Shown here piece after piece: positions 49,860 through 63,830 of a stretch of 64,000 nucleotides of DNA. A model generated the notes under the pieces. It made no database searches. It saw only the letters and a program-made list of their open reading frames with translations, and had not been told where the DNA came from. Positions within the stretch are counted from its first letter, which is position 1; the number at the start of each line of letters is the position of its first letter. Source of the DNA: Octopus bimaculoides (Eukaryota); the NCBI RefSeq assembly GCF_001194135.2, contig NC_068986.1, positions 20,268,192 to 20,332,191 on the forward strand. Direction: 5' to 3'. The position numbers and the translations under genes are program-made.

Positions 49860-50190
49860 ACACCCATTTTTTTTCTATGCTTGGATGGAAATTTATTGAG
49901 GCAAGTTTTCTATGGCCAGATGCCCATATACCAACCCTCACCTGTCTCCAAGCAAGCTTATATTTCCTCAGACTTGAACACATTTTCATGGAAGATTGAA
50001 AATGGTCATTGCTTGTATGATGGCAATGTACATTTACAGCTATTATGTGATGCCAACACAAGGTGTTGCACACACATAGGACAGGTTTCTTTCAGTTTCC
50101 GTTTACCAAATCCACTTGCCACATAAGACCGTCACAAAACTATATGATTGGGAAGTGAGTCAACCAACCACACAGTCATGTCTGTGCCTG
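49860..50190 (-). mobile_element. SINE family A long variant, antisense, internally deleted
   Basis: TTTCTTTCAGTTTCCGTTTACCAAATCCACT and the head end ACCACACAGTCATGTCTGTGCC. Confidence 0.65.
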
Positions 50191-53100
50191 TATTCTTAAT
50201 CGTAATCTTTGTATGGCAGTTTTTCAGAAATTGTATTAATTCCTCTGACTAAGCTTAATCCAGTAATAATTTCTGTAGACTACGATTCAGATTTTTTTCC
50301 AATGTAGGCAATAAGCCAAATAACTTCTCACGATATTACTAATGCTGATTTTCTCAATTTTGTTGATGGAAAGAGTAAACTAACCCATTTTAATTAAATG
50401 GTCATATAGTACACCTAACAATAATGGAGTTTACTCAATAGTAATATTGAAACAGTTTAATTTCTGTTGACTAGCAGACTGATCCATTTTGGGATATTAG
50501 AAAAGGGTATTGGAATTTTAGTACTACAAAATATTAATGACTATCACCAATTAAGAGCTGTGCTGTAAAGGTAATAGGTCTTTCTTATGTTCCTTCAGAG
50601 CAGTCATAGGAGAATTGTGGCCCACGGGGCTTTCTGAATGGCATGCCTAATGAAAAATTACCTTGAATATTTTTTAGTATTATGGCCTGCTTGATAAAGC
50701 AGTGTCTCATTCGACCTGCTTCTCAAAAAAGGATCACCACCATTATTTAATGTCTGTTTTCTATGCTGGCATGTGTTGGATGGTTTGACAGGATCCAACA
50801 AGCTACATGGCTTTGTCACTATTATGAAATATATAAATTTCGATTTTAATAAACTTAATAGAAGAAACATTTATTTTGATACCCAGTGTGATACCTTAAA
50901 TGTCTTCATGTAAGTTTTTACATATCATCACGATCATTCTTTCTTATTGCTGTTATGAGTTAAATGAATGTACCATTATTCACAATCCAGTGATCATTAT
51001 TCTGAGGACTAACATTCTCAGACTCTATGTCTCTTGTATCTTTCATCATCTTCACCTCTCAACACACTTCACTTTTAGCTCCCTAAGGAGTTCACTTCCC
51101 AAGAACATGGTTTCAGGTTTAGCCCCACTGTATGGCACCATGGGTAAATGCCTTTTCTTATGGGTCCCTGGCTAAATGGGGAGTGATTGTGTTTTTGTGT
51201 CTCTTTGTCATGACATTGTGCAATTGTTGTAAACAAGTATTACTGTCATATAAGCAGTGATGTTCACTTCTCTTCTTCTGAAAGGCTATGGGGGAACATT
51301 ACCTTGCTCAGAAACAAGTGGGGGTTGGTAACAGGAAGGGCATCTGGCTGTAGAAAATCTGCCTCAGTAAATTCTGTCTGACCCATTCACATGCAAGCTT
51401 GGAAAAAGTAGACTGCAAACCAACAATGATGATACTAATGATAATCATAATAGTACTGGTTGTGGTGGTGATTAGAAGTTGTTGACTATGTGCATTACAT
51501 ATCTGTCTTTACCATTGTAACTTCTTACCTACCATCAATCAGCAAGTGCTTTTTTTTTTTTTTTTTTTTTTGAATGCCCAAGCGCCTTTTCCTCTCATTT
51601 GCACTTTGCTTCTTTCATGTACTTCTCTGTTTATGATTGAGCAAACATCAAAACAATTTTTTATCAACTAGCCTATACATCACAGCACACCTAACAACAA
51701 GAACAAGCATTGTCATTTAATTTGAGACTTGATTTGTCAGTCGTTTTTTTTTTTTGTCAAAGTTTGCATTCAAATTGTATCATCATATCAGAAAGAGAGA
51801 GAGGGGAGGGAATTACCTGGTGTCACTTAAAGTACTTGCCATAACCTGCTTCCTCCTTGAATTAATCTGTTTTGTTTAATTTACCTGAAATATCTTCCCC
51901 ATTGAATTCATTTCCTTCTTTATCTAGTTTTGCTGTCTTTTATTGTTAAATTTGTCATGTACTTGATGTTTCATCATAGTTTCAGTTATAACAGTTTGAT
52001 CATGAACAGATCTCAGGTTTTACTACTTTTTTCTTGAGTATGCCTTCTCCACCCCCCTCTCTTTCTCTGTGAAAGTTTAAGTTTACTACCCAAGTAAAGC
52101 CGTGATAGGATTTGAACACTGAATGCAAAGAGCTGGAACAAAGATTGCTGAATTAGTAGTCCTGTGTTCTTACTGTTCTATGTCTGCCAACTTAGATTGA
52201 TATTTTATTTCTTTTTATTAGCCACATAAAAAGCACCCAGTACACTCTGTAAAGTGGTTGGCATTAGGAAGGGCATCCAGTCATAGAAACCATGCCAAAA
52301 TAAAATAATTGGGGCCTGGTGCAGCTATCTGGCTTTCTAGCTCCTTTCAAACCATCTAATCCATACCAGCATGGAAAACAGGCATCAAATGATGATAATG
52401 AAAGGATGAAAGACAAAGTTGACTTTGCTGGGATTTGAACTCAGAATGCAGGGGAACCAGAACAAGGCATTCTAGTTGATGCTGTAGTGACTCAGAGTAT
52501 TTGTAGTGAAAGGTGGAGCTATGGTAGTTAGATTCCATTGCATAATAAGTGCTTGTAGTTCAAATGTGTCTTATGTAAATTGTACATTTGTTAGTACCGT
52601 GTGTTATTAGAGAATTTGAGAGGAAGACTATGAGATCGTGCAGCAACATATAAAGCATCCTTCTAGAGTATTAAGTATTGAGTTATACAGTTAGATTTAG
52701 ATTTAGGTTGCTGCTGTTGATGTCTCTATTGGCAATGCTTCATAACATGTTCTAACATGCTGTGTCTGAACAGCAGTGTCCATTATGCAAAATAGGGTAG
52801 CAGTCATCTCTATCCAGCAGTGTTGTAACCTAAGCTTGAAAATAAGGCTGTACTGAATGAAGTACTGAATGCTTATTCATATTTATGCTATGGACATATT
52901 TTAAATAAATTATGACGGTTCCTTTTTTTAATCTGGTCTCGTAAGCGGTCATTTTTTCCCCCCATTAATTATCTTGTGTGCATTATTAAAAACATGTGAA
53001 ATTAATAATAATCAATAAGATATCTGCAGCCAACCAGAGCAAATCGGATTAATATATATCCCTGTTGGTAATTATCTTCTTCCTTGACGAGAAATATGTT

Positions 53101-55821
53101 TCCCAATGGCATTGCATTGATCAGGTTCTGCAATTAGCATAATTTTTTTTTTGTTTTCCTGTCTGATCTTGACATAGCCTTTTGGTTGCTATAAAGATAT
53201 CATCAACAGCAAATAACATTGTTGATATTATAATAAGCATTATGTAACTCTATAAACTGATTGCATAATTGCAATGGTTACTTAACTGAGTGACATAAGT
53301 TCCATACATGGTTTCTTCATAACAGACAGTATTGACCAAAATGGAGCTACATCACCATGGAATCGTTCTTACACAGCACTCTTTGCTCAGCAATTATGAG
53401 TGATGTTGATTACTAAGCTGTCTTTTTCTTTTTTTCTGATTAGCATATGTATTCATTATTAAACAATTAATCTTATTGACTTCTGGCAAGTAACGATAAT
53501 AGAATTTTGAAATCAATTCTCTCTCTCTCACGGTCATTATGGCCTAAGTGAGATGCAACAACTTCAACTAGGAATCAAAATTATATTGCTCATGAATGCT
53601 ATAAAAATCCTAAAATGTCATCCAGTAAAAATATCTAAACTGTACACTTTACATAAAGAATTTTTATCCCTCCACAGTTCCTACTCCTGTTATCATCCAT
53701 TCTGGCAGATTGTTCATTTTGTTGCTATTGGAAGGAACTGTGATAATATTGTTTAAGCTATTTTATGTTAAACTCTTGTTAGATTAATTAGTCCAGTGTG
53801 GCATTAACTGAGGAGACACAACAAGTTCGAAACACCAGGTGCTCCAAAGTTCCCTTATCCTAATGAATCAAGTGTGTTATGAACACACGTTCATATCAAA
53901 GAAGTTGTTGAACTTGCTGGAATGCTAAAACATGAATGTGTATGTCATCATTCATATTCCATGTTGTTACATGGGAAAACACATGTTATTACTATGTTTA
54001 ATAAAAGGGCAATTGGAGAAGAATGGTTTGAATTGTTGAATATTATTGATAAGAATACCATAAAAAGAAGAGAGAATGGCTTAATTGGTCCAAAAGTTTG
54101 GTTGTAGCTATGCTATAAGTAAATAAGGCAAGCATAGTTTTTTAGAAAAGCATGACTGCTGCACATATCTATATCTTTATTTGTGTGTGTTTGTACTATA
54201 TCAGTATTTCATTGAGGTGCAGACACTAGCATTTGTTTAGGCAGGTTAAACTTGAAATTCTTACAAGGAATAAAGAAAACAGTTTGTGAAGGAGGAAGTA
54301 ATAAAGAATGTCTTCAATATATGTCAAAAGTAACTGTGTGTGTGTGTGTGTGTGTGTGTGTATAATACATACTGTTTTATTGTGAAAGAAGTAATTATTT
54401 TGAGATACAAAATGATTGCTAAATTACAATAGCTTTGTAGTTTAGAAGAAATACATGTACTATTGAGTGAAAGAGTAAAGGGCATATTAGTAAGTGTATG
54501 TCTATAGGTACATCCACTCGACTATCTTGATGAGGAGGGTTGCTAAAATCTCAAAGACCTGTCAAGAACCCAGGATAGCGAGGTCCATGTTACCTTACTG
54601 TCTAGCAATACTGGACAGGGTTATTGAAATAGCCAAAATGCCATCTTTCATTATTAACCCTTTCAGCCCTTGTCATAAAGCCACCTTCCTCCTTGGTAGC
54701 TTCACTCATTTGAAGGAGATTTTAGTGTTGCAAGCAGCATGGTGACATCACTAGTGCTGGTGCCATGAAAAAGGCTCCCAGCACATACATGCCTGTAAAG
54801 AGGTTGGCATCAGGAAGGGTTTCAAGCCGTAGAAACCATGCCAAAGCAGCCATTGGAATAAAATACAATCTTCAAACCCATTCCATCAGACTATCTAACT
54901 CAATTCAGAAAGGTTGATTGGTGATGACAGACGTATATTGCAATGCTATTTTGTTATGTTATTGTGGTATGATCTCAACATTCTCTTATTTGGTTGTTGC
55001 TGTAGTTTAGTTCTTCTCCATCACCAATTGAGCATACCTGTGGTCAGAGACATTCCACTTTTACCTATCCTTTCATCAGTGCTGGTGCCAATAAAAAGCA
55101 CCCACTACACTCTTATAAAGTGGCTGGTTTTAGGAAAGGTATCCAGCCATAGAAACTGTGCCAAAACAGATACCAAAGCTTGGTGCAGTCCTCTGGTTTT
55201 CCAGCTCCTATTTAACCATCCCACCCATGCCAACATGGAAAGCAGACATAAAATGATGATAATGATGTCTAGCACTACACAGAGCAGCATTTTTTTTTCC
55301 TTTTCTTACGATGGAAGAGCGTGATTTACTGGAATATGATTACTATTTTGACTAGGTTGAACGACGATGTAGAGTACCCTTATTATTATGGTATTGGTCA
55401 GTGGCTATTTAGTTAAGGTCTGTCCTGACAATCTGGTTGATCAATAACTTGTATGCACAGCTCTTCTTTTCCCTCACAAATATCAAACATTTTACGTATA
55501 AGCAGATGTTCACCTACTTTAAGGGATTATTGTCAACAGTTGTAAGTGCACTTAGCTAGATTTTAATCCACAGATGATTAAACCAGTCTGTTTGATGTAC
55601 TTATCAGTCTGCATGTCTTTTCTCTACAGATAGTCATATTTAGGGCTGAATAGAGTTCTGTCACTGAGCAAAGTCAAGGTCTTCTAATTCACTAGTGTAT
55701 GAGATAAACAAATATTCACCTTTTGTTCTAATTTTTAAACTTCATTGCAACTTCTTTATATATATATATATATATATNNNNNNNNNNNNNATATATATGT
55801 ATGTATATGTATGTATGTATA

Positions 55822-55973
55822 TAAAAAAGCACTCACTACACTCTCGGAGTGGTTGGCGATAGGAAGGGCATCTAGCTGTATAAACTGGAGTTTGGTGTAG
55901 CCATCGGGTTCGCCAGTCCTCAGTCAAATTGTCCAACCCATGCTAGCGGGGAAAACGGATGTTAAATGATGAT

Positions 55974-55977
<4 letters not shown>
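55822..55977 (+). mobile_element. Retroposon family C 3' part, young
   Basis: CACTACACTCTCGGAGTGGTTGGCGATAGGAAGGGCATC...GTTAAATGATGATGAT. Confidence 0.8.
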
Positions 55978-56004
<27 letters not shown>

Positions 56005-57264
56005 AAGATGTATAGTTGTGAGTTTAGAGCTCCATGTAGACTATCATCATCTAGTTTACATCCAGTATTACAGTGTGGTTACTATTGTAGTTAGTAGTAT
56101 TACTAATTATGATATACAGAGCAACATCCACGACAGAGGATGCAAATAACCACAATGGTGAAGTATACATTAGGAACAAAGGATATAAACTGCATCTTGT
56201 GTTTATCATACTTTCTGCGCGCACGCACGTGTGTGTGTGTGTGTTCTGCTATACTCTTTTACCATATTATCTTTGTATGATCCAGACATTTTCTTATGTG
56301 GTTGTTGGTATTTAGCTCCTGTTCAGCCCTAATTGAGCAAGCCTATGATCAAAGACATTCCGCTCATGGCCATGTTGTTGGTAGGGGTTTTTTGGGGTTT
56401 TTTTTTGTAATATCTAAGACTACATTATATACATGTGTATGTATATACTGAATGTGATAGTTGGAATCATCTAGAATTGTATCAGTTTTATAAGTCACAG
56501 CACAACAACCTCCCATTCATTAATTGTTGTAGCTGAAGCGAAATTTCATTTGCAAACTAGATTTGAACTTGCTTTATCCTATTCTGACATTTTACTGTCA
56601 AAAGCTCCTGACATCCTACAGCTAATACTTATATCATTATCCATTTCCTCCCTCTCGGTTAATCACTCTGCCTTCTCTTTGCTTTTTTTCCCTTGCATCC
56701 TTATCGTCCTCATTCATTACATCCAGTTATGTTGTTGTAGTTGTTATATTTTTTTTTTTTTTACTATAGATGTCTGTTGCAGCCTTTCCTCTCTTGTTTG
56801 TATGTAGGGCAGGGGTGATGGCTTATGTCTTTTTAATGAAGTCCTCTTGGTTAGGGTCTAAATTATGTTACATAGAAAATGTAGAAAGCGAAAAATAAAT
56901 TACTCCATGGAATGAAATAATTTGTTTCAATTATGAGTCATACAAGTTTTATCAGAACAACTGTAATTACTGAGGAAATCATAAACTTATGGGTTTTTTT
57001 TTTAATCTTTTATCTTATTGTCCAACTAATTGAACTATGTAGTCTGTACATGGCCCTCTTGCTTCTGATTGCATCAAGTTGCTTTGTGGTGGTGGGGGGG
57101 GAGCATATTCTACGCAGCAAGTTTACTTATTGCAGGAGTGTTAATCTGTTTATTTGTCCTGTTTACTCTCCTAAGTTCACTTTCATAAAAGTGTATATAC
57201 ATTTGACCGCTTTTATGCACAAGACACACATATATAGAGAGAGAGATTGATAGATATAAATATT

Positions 57265-58190
57265 TTTGACGGGCTTCTTTCACTTTCTTTCCATGTACCA
57301 AATCCATTCACAAAGCTTTGGCCAGCCCAGGGCTTTAGTTGAAGATACTTGCCCAAGGTGCCATGCAGTGGGATTGAACCCAAGAACACATGGTTGGGAA
57401 CCAAGCTTCTGGTCTTTTTCAACAACTTGAGCAAGCATTTTCTACTAAAGCCATAAATCATCCAAAGCCATGTGAATGAATTTGGAAACTGAAAGAAGCC
57501 TGTCATGTGCATGTGTGTGTGTAACTTTGTCTAGACATCACGTGAGGGCTGTAAATGAGCATCACCACCATACAAGCGAGGTTGTTAGTTTCCAGTCTTC
57601 CGTGGAAAGCATGTCTGGCCATGGGAGAATATTACCTTGCCTGGAAACAGATATGGGTTGGTGACAGGAAGGGCATCTAATTGTAGAAATTCTGTCTCAA
57701 CAAATTCAGACTGACCCATGCAAGCATGAAAAAGGGGACATTAAAATGATGAGGATGATACATAAATACATGCACACACACATACGTACCACTGTTAAAT
57801 TCAAAACATCTTAATTGACAATCCTAATCATAGAAATAGTTAATAAGCCCTAGTCAGTATTTTAGCACAACTTATTTAACGTCTGTCGTCCATGCTGGCA
57901 TTGACTGGGCTGGCACACTGGAAGGCTGCGCCAGGTTCCAGTCTGATTCGGCATGGTTTTCTATGGCTGGATTCCCTTCCTGACGCCAAACCACTTTGAG
58001 AGTGTAGTGGGTGCTTTTTATGTGCCACTGGCATGGGTGCCATTTGCGTGACACCAATATCTGCCACGACTGCGATTTTGCTCAGCTTGATAGGTTTTCT
58101 TCTCAAGCATGACATAATATTGCAGGTCTTGGTCATTGCTTCCATAAGGTCCAACACTCAAAAGGAACTCAGCCACTTTGCTTCCATGAG
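57265..58190. mobile_element. Cluster: antisense family-A head, sense family-A long body, antisense family-C
   Basis: 57265-57410 (-), 57470-57760 (+), 57870-58190 (-). Confidence 0.7.
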
Positions 58191-58219
58191 GCAAATTACT
58201 GACCCCTAGTCAAACAAAT

Positions 58220-58695
58220 CACTAACATTGTTTCAAATTTTGGCACAAGGCCAGTAATTTTAGGGAGGGTTTAGTCATTTACATTGACACCAGTACTTGT
58301 TTGGTACTTTATTTTGTCAAACCTTGAAAGAATGAAAAGCCAAGTTGGCCTCAGCAGTATTTGAACTTGGCATGTAAAGAGCTGGAAGAAAAATTTGTGC
58401 TGCTAACCATTTTATCAGACATGCTAACAAATCTGCCAGTTCCCTGCCTTACTAATGACAGGAATAATTGTTTCTAATTCTGGCATAGGGGCCAGCAATT
58501 TTGAGGGGAGGGTGTAGCCAATTATATCAACCTGAGTACTTCACTGGTTCTCTATTTTATTCTTTATTGAACCCTACAAGGGTGAAAGGCAAAGGTGACC
58601 TCAGCAGTATTTGAACTCAGGATGCAAAGAGCAGGAAGAAATGCATGCCGCCGATCGTATTTATCTGATGTGCTAATGATTCTACCAGTTCATAG
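58220..58695 (-). mobile_element. Two tandem family-B SINEs
   Basis: Two copies of CCTCAGCAGTATTTGAACT with the upstream AGTACT module. Confidence 0.75.
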
Positions 58696-59098
58696 CAATA
58701 CAATGTTAAGATTCCTATTTATTTTTGTTATTTCTGTTGCAACCGCAGACTGCATACACTCCGTGTAACTGTAATGCTATCAAAAATTACATGATTTGAG
58801 CTAACCTTCTAGTAAATCAATAATACATTGTATGATGTAAAATATAAGCACCATTAAAAAAAAACATCATATTGTTACAGGGTTATAGACACAGAAGCTA
58901 AAGTTTTTTTGATAAGCAATTCTCAGTCATTTATATTAAGTAGATTGAATACAATATTTTGCTTTAATGCACACGTTTGAAACAACATAAATCTAGAACT
59001 TATGTTGGTTTATATTTTTATTCAGAAATATAAAGAACATAAATCATGTTTTATGTTTGAAGACCAAATAATTTGGTAGAGTATGTACAATTTTGAAA

Positions 59099-59465
59099 GG
59101 CACGGCTGTGGTTGTGTGGTTAAGAAGCTTGGCTCCCAGGCACATGGTTTTATGTTCAGTCCCACTGTGTGACTCCTTGAGCATCTTCTACTATAGTTGA
59201 CTAAAAGCTTTGTGAATGGATTTAGTGGAAGGAAACCAAGAGAAGCCCCTTGTGTTCACATTGCATGATAGATGTAAATGAATGTCACCATCATACAAGC
59301 AGTGTCATTTCCTATATTCTGCGAAACACACTTGGTCATGAGGAAATGTTACCTTGCTTGGAAACAGGTGGGGGCTTGGTGACAGGAAAGGCATCTGACA
59401 GTAGAAAATCTGCCTGAAATGACTCCATCCAACCCAGGCAAGCATGAAAAAGTGAGCATTAAAAC
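59099..59465 (+). mobile_element. SINE family A long variant
   Basis: Head plus TTGGTGACAGGAAAGGCATC...CAACCCAGGCAAGCATGAAAA tail. Confidence 0.7.
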
Positions 59466-60442
59466 AATAAAGATTTTCAAAAGCTATTTACATTAAACAA
59501 TATATTTAGTTTACAGTGGAAGGTTATTCTGGGTGCTCTTCTGGTCACCAACCCTTACTTGTTTCTTTAGTAAGTTAATATTTCTCCGTATCCAGACATG
59601 TTTTCATGGAAGATTGGAAATGAAGAATATGGCTCATATGGCAGTGACACAAGATGAGCATTTTTTCAATTTCTGTCTATCGAATCTACTCAGCAAGGTT
59701 TTGATTGACTCTGGACTCTAGTAGAAGGCACTTACACCTGTGTGTGTCTAAGTATGTACTTTTTTTGTATAATTCTCCTGTAAACTCTAATGGCTCTTCA
59801 GTCAAGAGCATAATTGAAATAATCAGCCATGTCAAATGATCACTTAAGCTTTCCGTTTTACCCTAATAATCATTGAGATATCTACTCTTTTCTTAGTTGC
59901 TTGTCATCAGGAAAATACTGTGTTCTGTTATTGGTTCTCGCTGGCCTCTGTCATTTAGGTCCTCTCTCCTACCCTCCTGTGTTTAGCATTGTCATGACTA
60001 TGTTGCTTTCTAATCATTATCAACAATTGCTAACTGTAAACTTTATTCATTAAGTGCTTCACTGACAAACTGAAAATTTCTTAATGATTCACCCAACTCA
60101 AATTTTTTTTTACTCTTATTTAATTGTGTAAAAGTATAGGTGATTGAATGATCACATGGAAAGCTTCATGGAATAGTCATAGGACATTAAGCAGTAAGTT
60201 AATTGGTTGATTAGTTTATTTTCTAAGATTAGAAAGAAAGCAAGTTGTTTCTAAAGAAATTTGGAAGGCATGTGAACTTAACGGCAGGGATCATAGTTCA
60301 GTTGCTTCAAATAACGGGACTTAAAAGTAATAACACAAAGAGTAAAAAAAAAAGAAGATAAATATTTTCTCTGTGAAATCCATTGAAAATCTTTTCACTT
60401 GAATTACATTACAAGTATTCATTTTATTTTTGTAAATTTTTT

Positions 60443-60599
60443 AGAGTGGCTGTGTGGTAAGAAGCTTGCTTACCAACCACATGGTTCTGAGTTCAGTCCC
60501 ACTGTGTGGCACCTTGGGCAAGTGTCTTCTACTATAGCCTCGGGCCGACCAAAGCCTTGTGAGTGGATTTGGTAGATGGAAACTGAAAGAAGCCCGTCG

Positions 60600-60641
<42 letters not shown>

Positions 60642-60860
60642 TGTATGTGTGTGCATATGTTTGTGTGTCTGTGTTTATCTCCCCAGCATCGCTTGATAAC
60701 CGATTCTAGTGTGTTAGCGTCCCCGTAACTTAGCGGTTCAGCAAAAGAATCTGATAGAATAAGTACTAGGCTTACAAAGAATAAGCCCTGGGGTCAATTT
60801 GCTCGACTAAAGGCGGTGCTCTAGCATGGCCACAGTCAAGTGACTGAAGCAAGTTAAAAC
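60443..60860 (+). mobile_element. SINE family A short variant, near full length, young
   Basis: Complete head, (TA)n centre, and GATAGAATAAGTACTAGGCTTACAAAGAATAAGCCCTGGGGTCAATTTGCTCGACTAAAGGCGG 3' module. Confidence 0.88.
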
Positions 60861-60960
60861 AGAAAAGAAAGAAAGAGAGACAAATTGAATTAAACCCCTT
60901 TTAAAACTATCATCATGTACTGGATAAACACACACTCTGTCTCTCTCAGCTTTGTGGAAA

Positions 60961-61112
60961 TGCAGGTGTGGCTGTGTGGTAAGAAGCTTGCTTCCCAACC
61001 ACATGCTTCTGGGTTCAGTCCCACTGTGTGGTACATTGGACAAGTGTCTTCTACTATAGCCTCAGGCCAGCCAAAGTCTTGTGAGTGGATATGGTAACTG
61101 AAAGAAGCCCAT

Positions 61113-61157
<45 letters not shown>

Positions 61158-61282
61158 CTGCGTTTCTGTGTCTGTGTTTGTCCCCCCACCATCGCTTAAC
61201 AACTGATGCTGGCATGTTTATGTCCCCGCAACTTTGCGGTTCAGCAAAAGAGACCAATAGAATAAGTACTAGGCTTACCAAG
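60961..61282 (+). mobile_element. SINE family A short variant, truncated by a gap
   Basis: Same modules as 60443-60860, with a (TG)n centre. Confidence 0.85.
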
Positions 61283-61384
61283 NNNNNNNNNNNNNNNNNN
61301 NNNNNNNNNNNNNNNNNNNNNNNNNNNNNNNNNNNNNNNNNNNNNNNNNNNNNNNNNNNNNNNNNNNNNNNNNNNNNNNNNNNN

Positions 61385-61425
<41 letters not shown>

Positions 61426-63665
61426 ATAAACTTATGCTGCATATATGGGTACAGGACGAAATATGAAAACATGAAAAACAAAGGACAGTGGAGAAGTTCT
61501 TTTAATTTCAACATAAATTTTTCTTCTTGGTGAGAATGGCTTGTATCGTTATACAAAAGAACCGACCACATTTAAAATATTTGCTGCTGACATATATTAG
61601 ACTGTAGACATTTCTGAGAACCCGTGCTCACTTGATAGAACTTAATCACCTGGAGTTGAATTGGGAATTCTTTGATTAGAAGCACAAAAACAATGCTGCT
61701 AATTGGTTGCACTAGCTATAAGCAAAATGTCCAGTGTCTGGTTATATTTAGCTCGCTTTTTAACTAGTATACTTCTTTCTCTAGCGTAGACCACACTTAC
61801 TGGCAGTGTACTGTTGGATGTTGCTATTTTGATTGTATATTCTCTTACCAATGTGTTCAATTGCTGAGGAAATTCTAAGTATGTGTGTATGATAGACATG
61901 GCTATGTATGTATGTATACACATCTCTAGAGAGAGATGGCATGGGTGGAGAGTTTTTGAAAAGCTGCTTTTATTTGATTTTGCTGCAGGTGAAAGGCTAC
62001 ATATTGCCTGCTATTCTCAACATGGAAGATATAAATTCAATACTAACAATAACGATAAATGTAATAGCAAAAATAATGAAATCAGTAACTTATATATTAA
62101 TGGGGGAAAATAAATTAGTAATTGTATGGAGTTAAATTTATGAGAATATCTCCTTATCAATTTCTTTTTACTATGTAGGATCTCTGTTAAATAAAGGCTG
62201 GATCAAATAATTGGCTCTTGTATTAGATAGTGAAGTATGGTGCATTTACTAATCTATTTGACATGATTAAATTAGAATTGCTGTTTGTATATATTATTAA
62301 CATTTATTGCATTATGTTGGTTGTAATAGAAATTCTTTTAAAATAATATACTCTTTGAAGTGAGCATTGATTATTTGAAAGTCTAGGAGAAATGTTTAAT
62401 TTTTTTTGTGATATCTATATGATTGGTATTGATTTGAAAATGCTTAAAAAAAAAATTGCCAGATATGCAAAATGGTGTTTATTTTTATTTATTGACCGGC
62501 ATATTAAATTACAGGTATACTTAGTGATGTTACAGTTGATATCTATACCAATTGATTTTTCTTTTTGTTTGTGTGCTTATGATAATATCTATCAATACTT
62601 AAGTAGCCCTCTTTGAAATCTGTGGGTTTAAAAGGCTAACAGAATGCTTACTGTATAACGTGTTCTTTACTCAGAACATGCTGCAGGGCAAAGTGGCAAA
62701 CTGGTAGTCATTAGTGTGTCGGATAGAATGCCTTGTGGTATTTGTTCCAAATCTATGTACTCTGGGTTCAAATCCTGCCACAATCAACTTTACTTCTTGC
62801 CCTTTAAGGATCAACAAAATGTGTACCAGTGCTGGACAGTAAACTGGTAGAAATGTTGGAGCATTGGATGGTATTAATTATAGTATCTGTTCATGCCATG
62901 GCCAAAAAAGAAAAGGAAAAAAAAATCACACTTCTCCTAGGAGTTGCAACTGAGATTAACAAATGGTATTGGCAATTTGAAAAACCAATGCAAACATAGT
63001 TTCTTTGGTTTGATTGGAAGATTCACTGCCACATGCTTTGAAAAGTGGTTTTGATGGTGTTATTCAGCAGACCTCATTTGTCAGCACATTACTACACTAG
63101 AATTGTACTAATAAAGGATCTTCTCTGTGGTGGGTTTGGCCTGCTAGATATAACAGCCAGATCTCAGCCATATCACTTTTGACCATCTTTAAGAAAAATT
63201 GGATACACTGGATACACAATATCTAGAAAAAACAAAAGGAAAAATGATGGTTCCATTAAGGTTTTTGATCATAAATTTAGTCATTTTAAACCTCCAACAT
63301 AATCTTAGATTTGTACTCATTGCTATGTCTGTATTTTTATTAAGATCTTCCTTCACAAAGCAAAAGAGGAACATATAATTTATGTCTGAAGACTTCAAAG
63401 GTTTTTAAATTAAGAGAGACACGGAGACAGACAGAGAGAGAGAGAGTGGGTGTGATTAGCCTAGTTTAAGTACAACAGATATTACACAAAATGTGTGAAA
63501 TATTTATCTCTATCTTCAAAGAAAAGCATCTTTTCCATGGAAGATTATTATTTTGTGAAAAAATGTTTTTTAACATATTTTTTTCAGAATAGTTATCAAG
63601 GATGTGTAGGTTTTGTTAGCACCATGTGTATCTGTCTATTAATTATTTTTTTTTTTTGCGTATGA

Positions 63666-63830
<165 letters not shown>

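Noticed and set aside
660-63398. Most ORFs in the supplied track (poly-I, poly-L, HTHT, YIYI and SLSL peptides, and ORFs through N runs)
   Set aside because: They are translations of microsatellites, SINE bodies or gaps.
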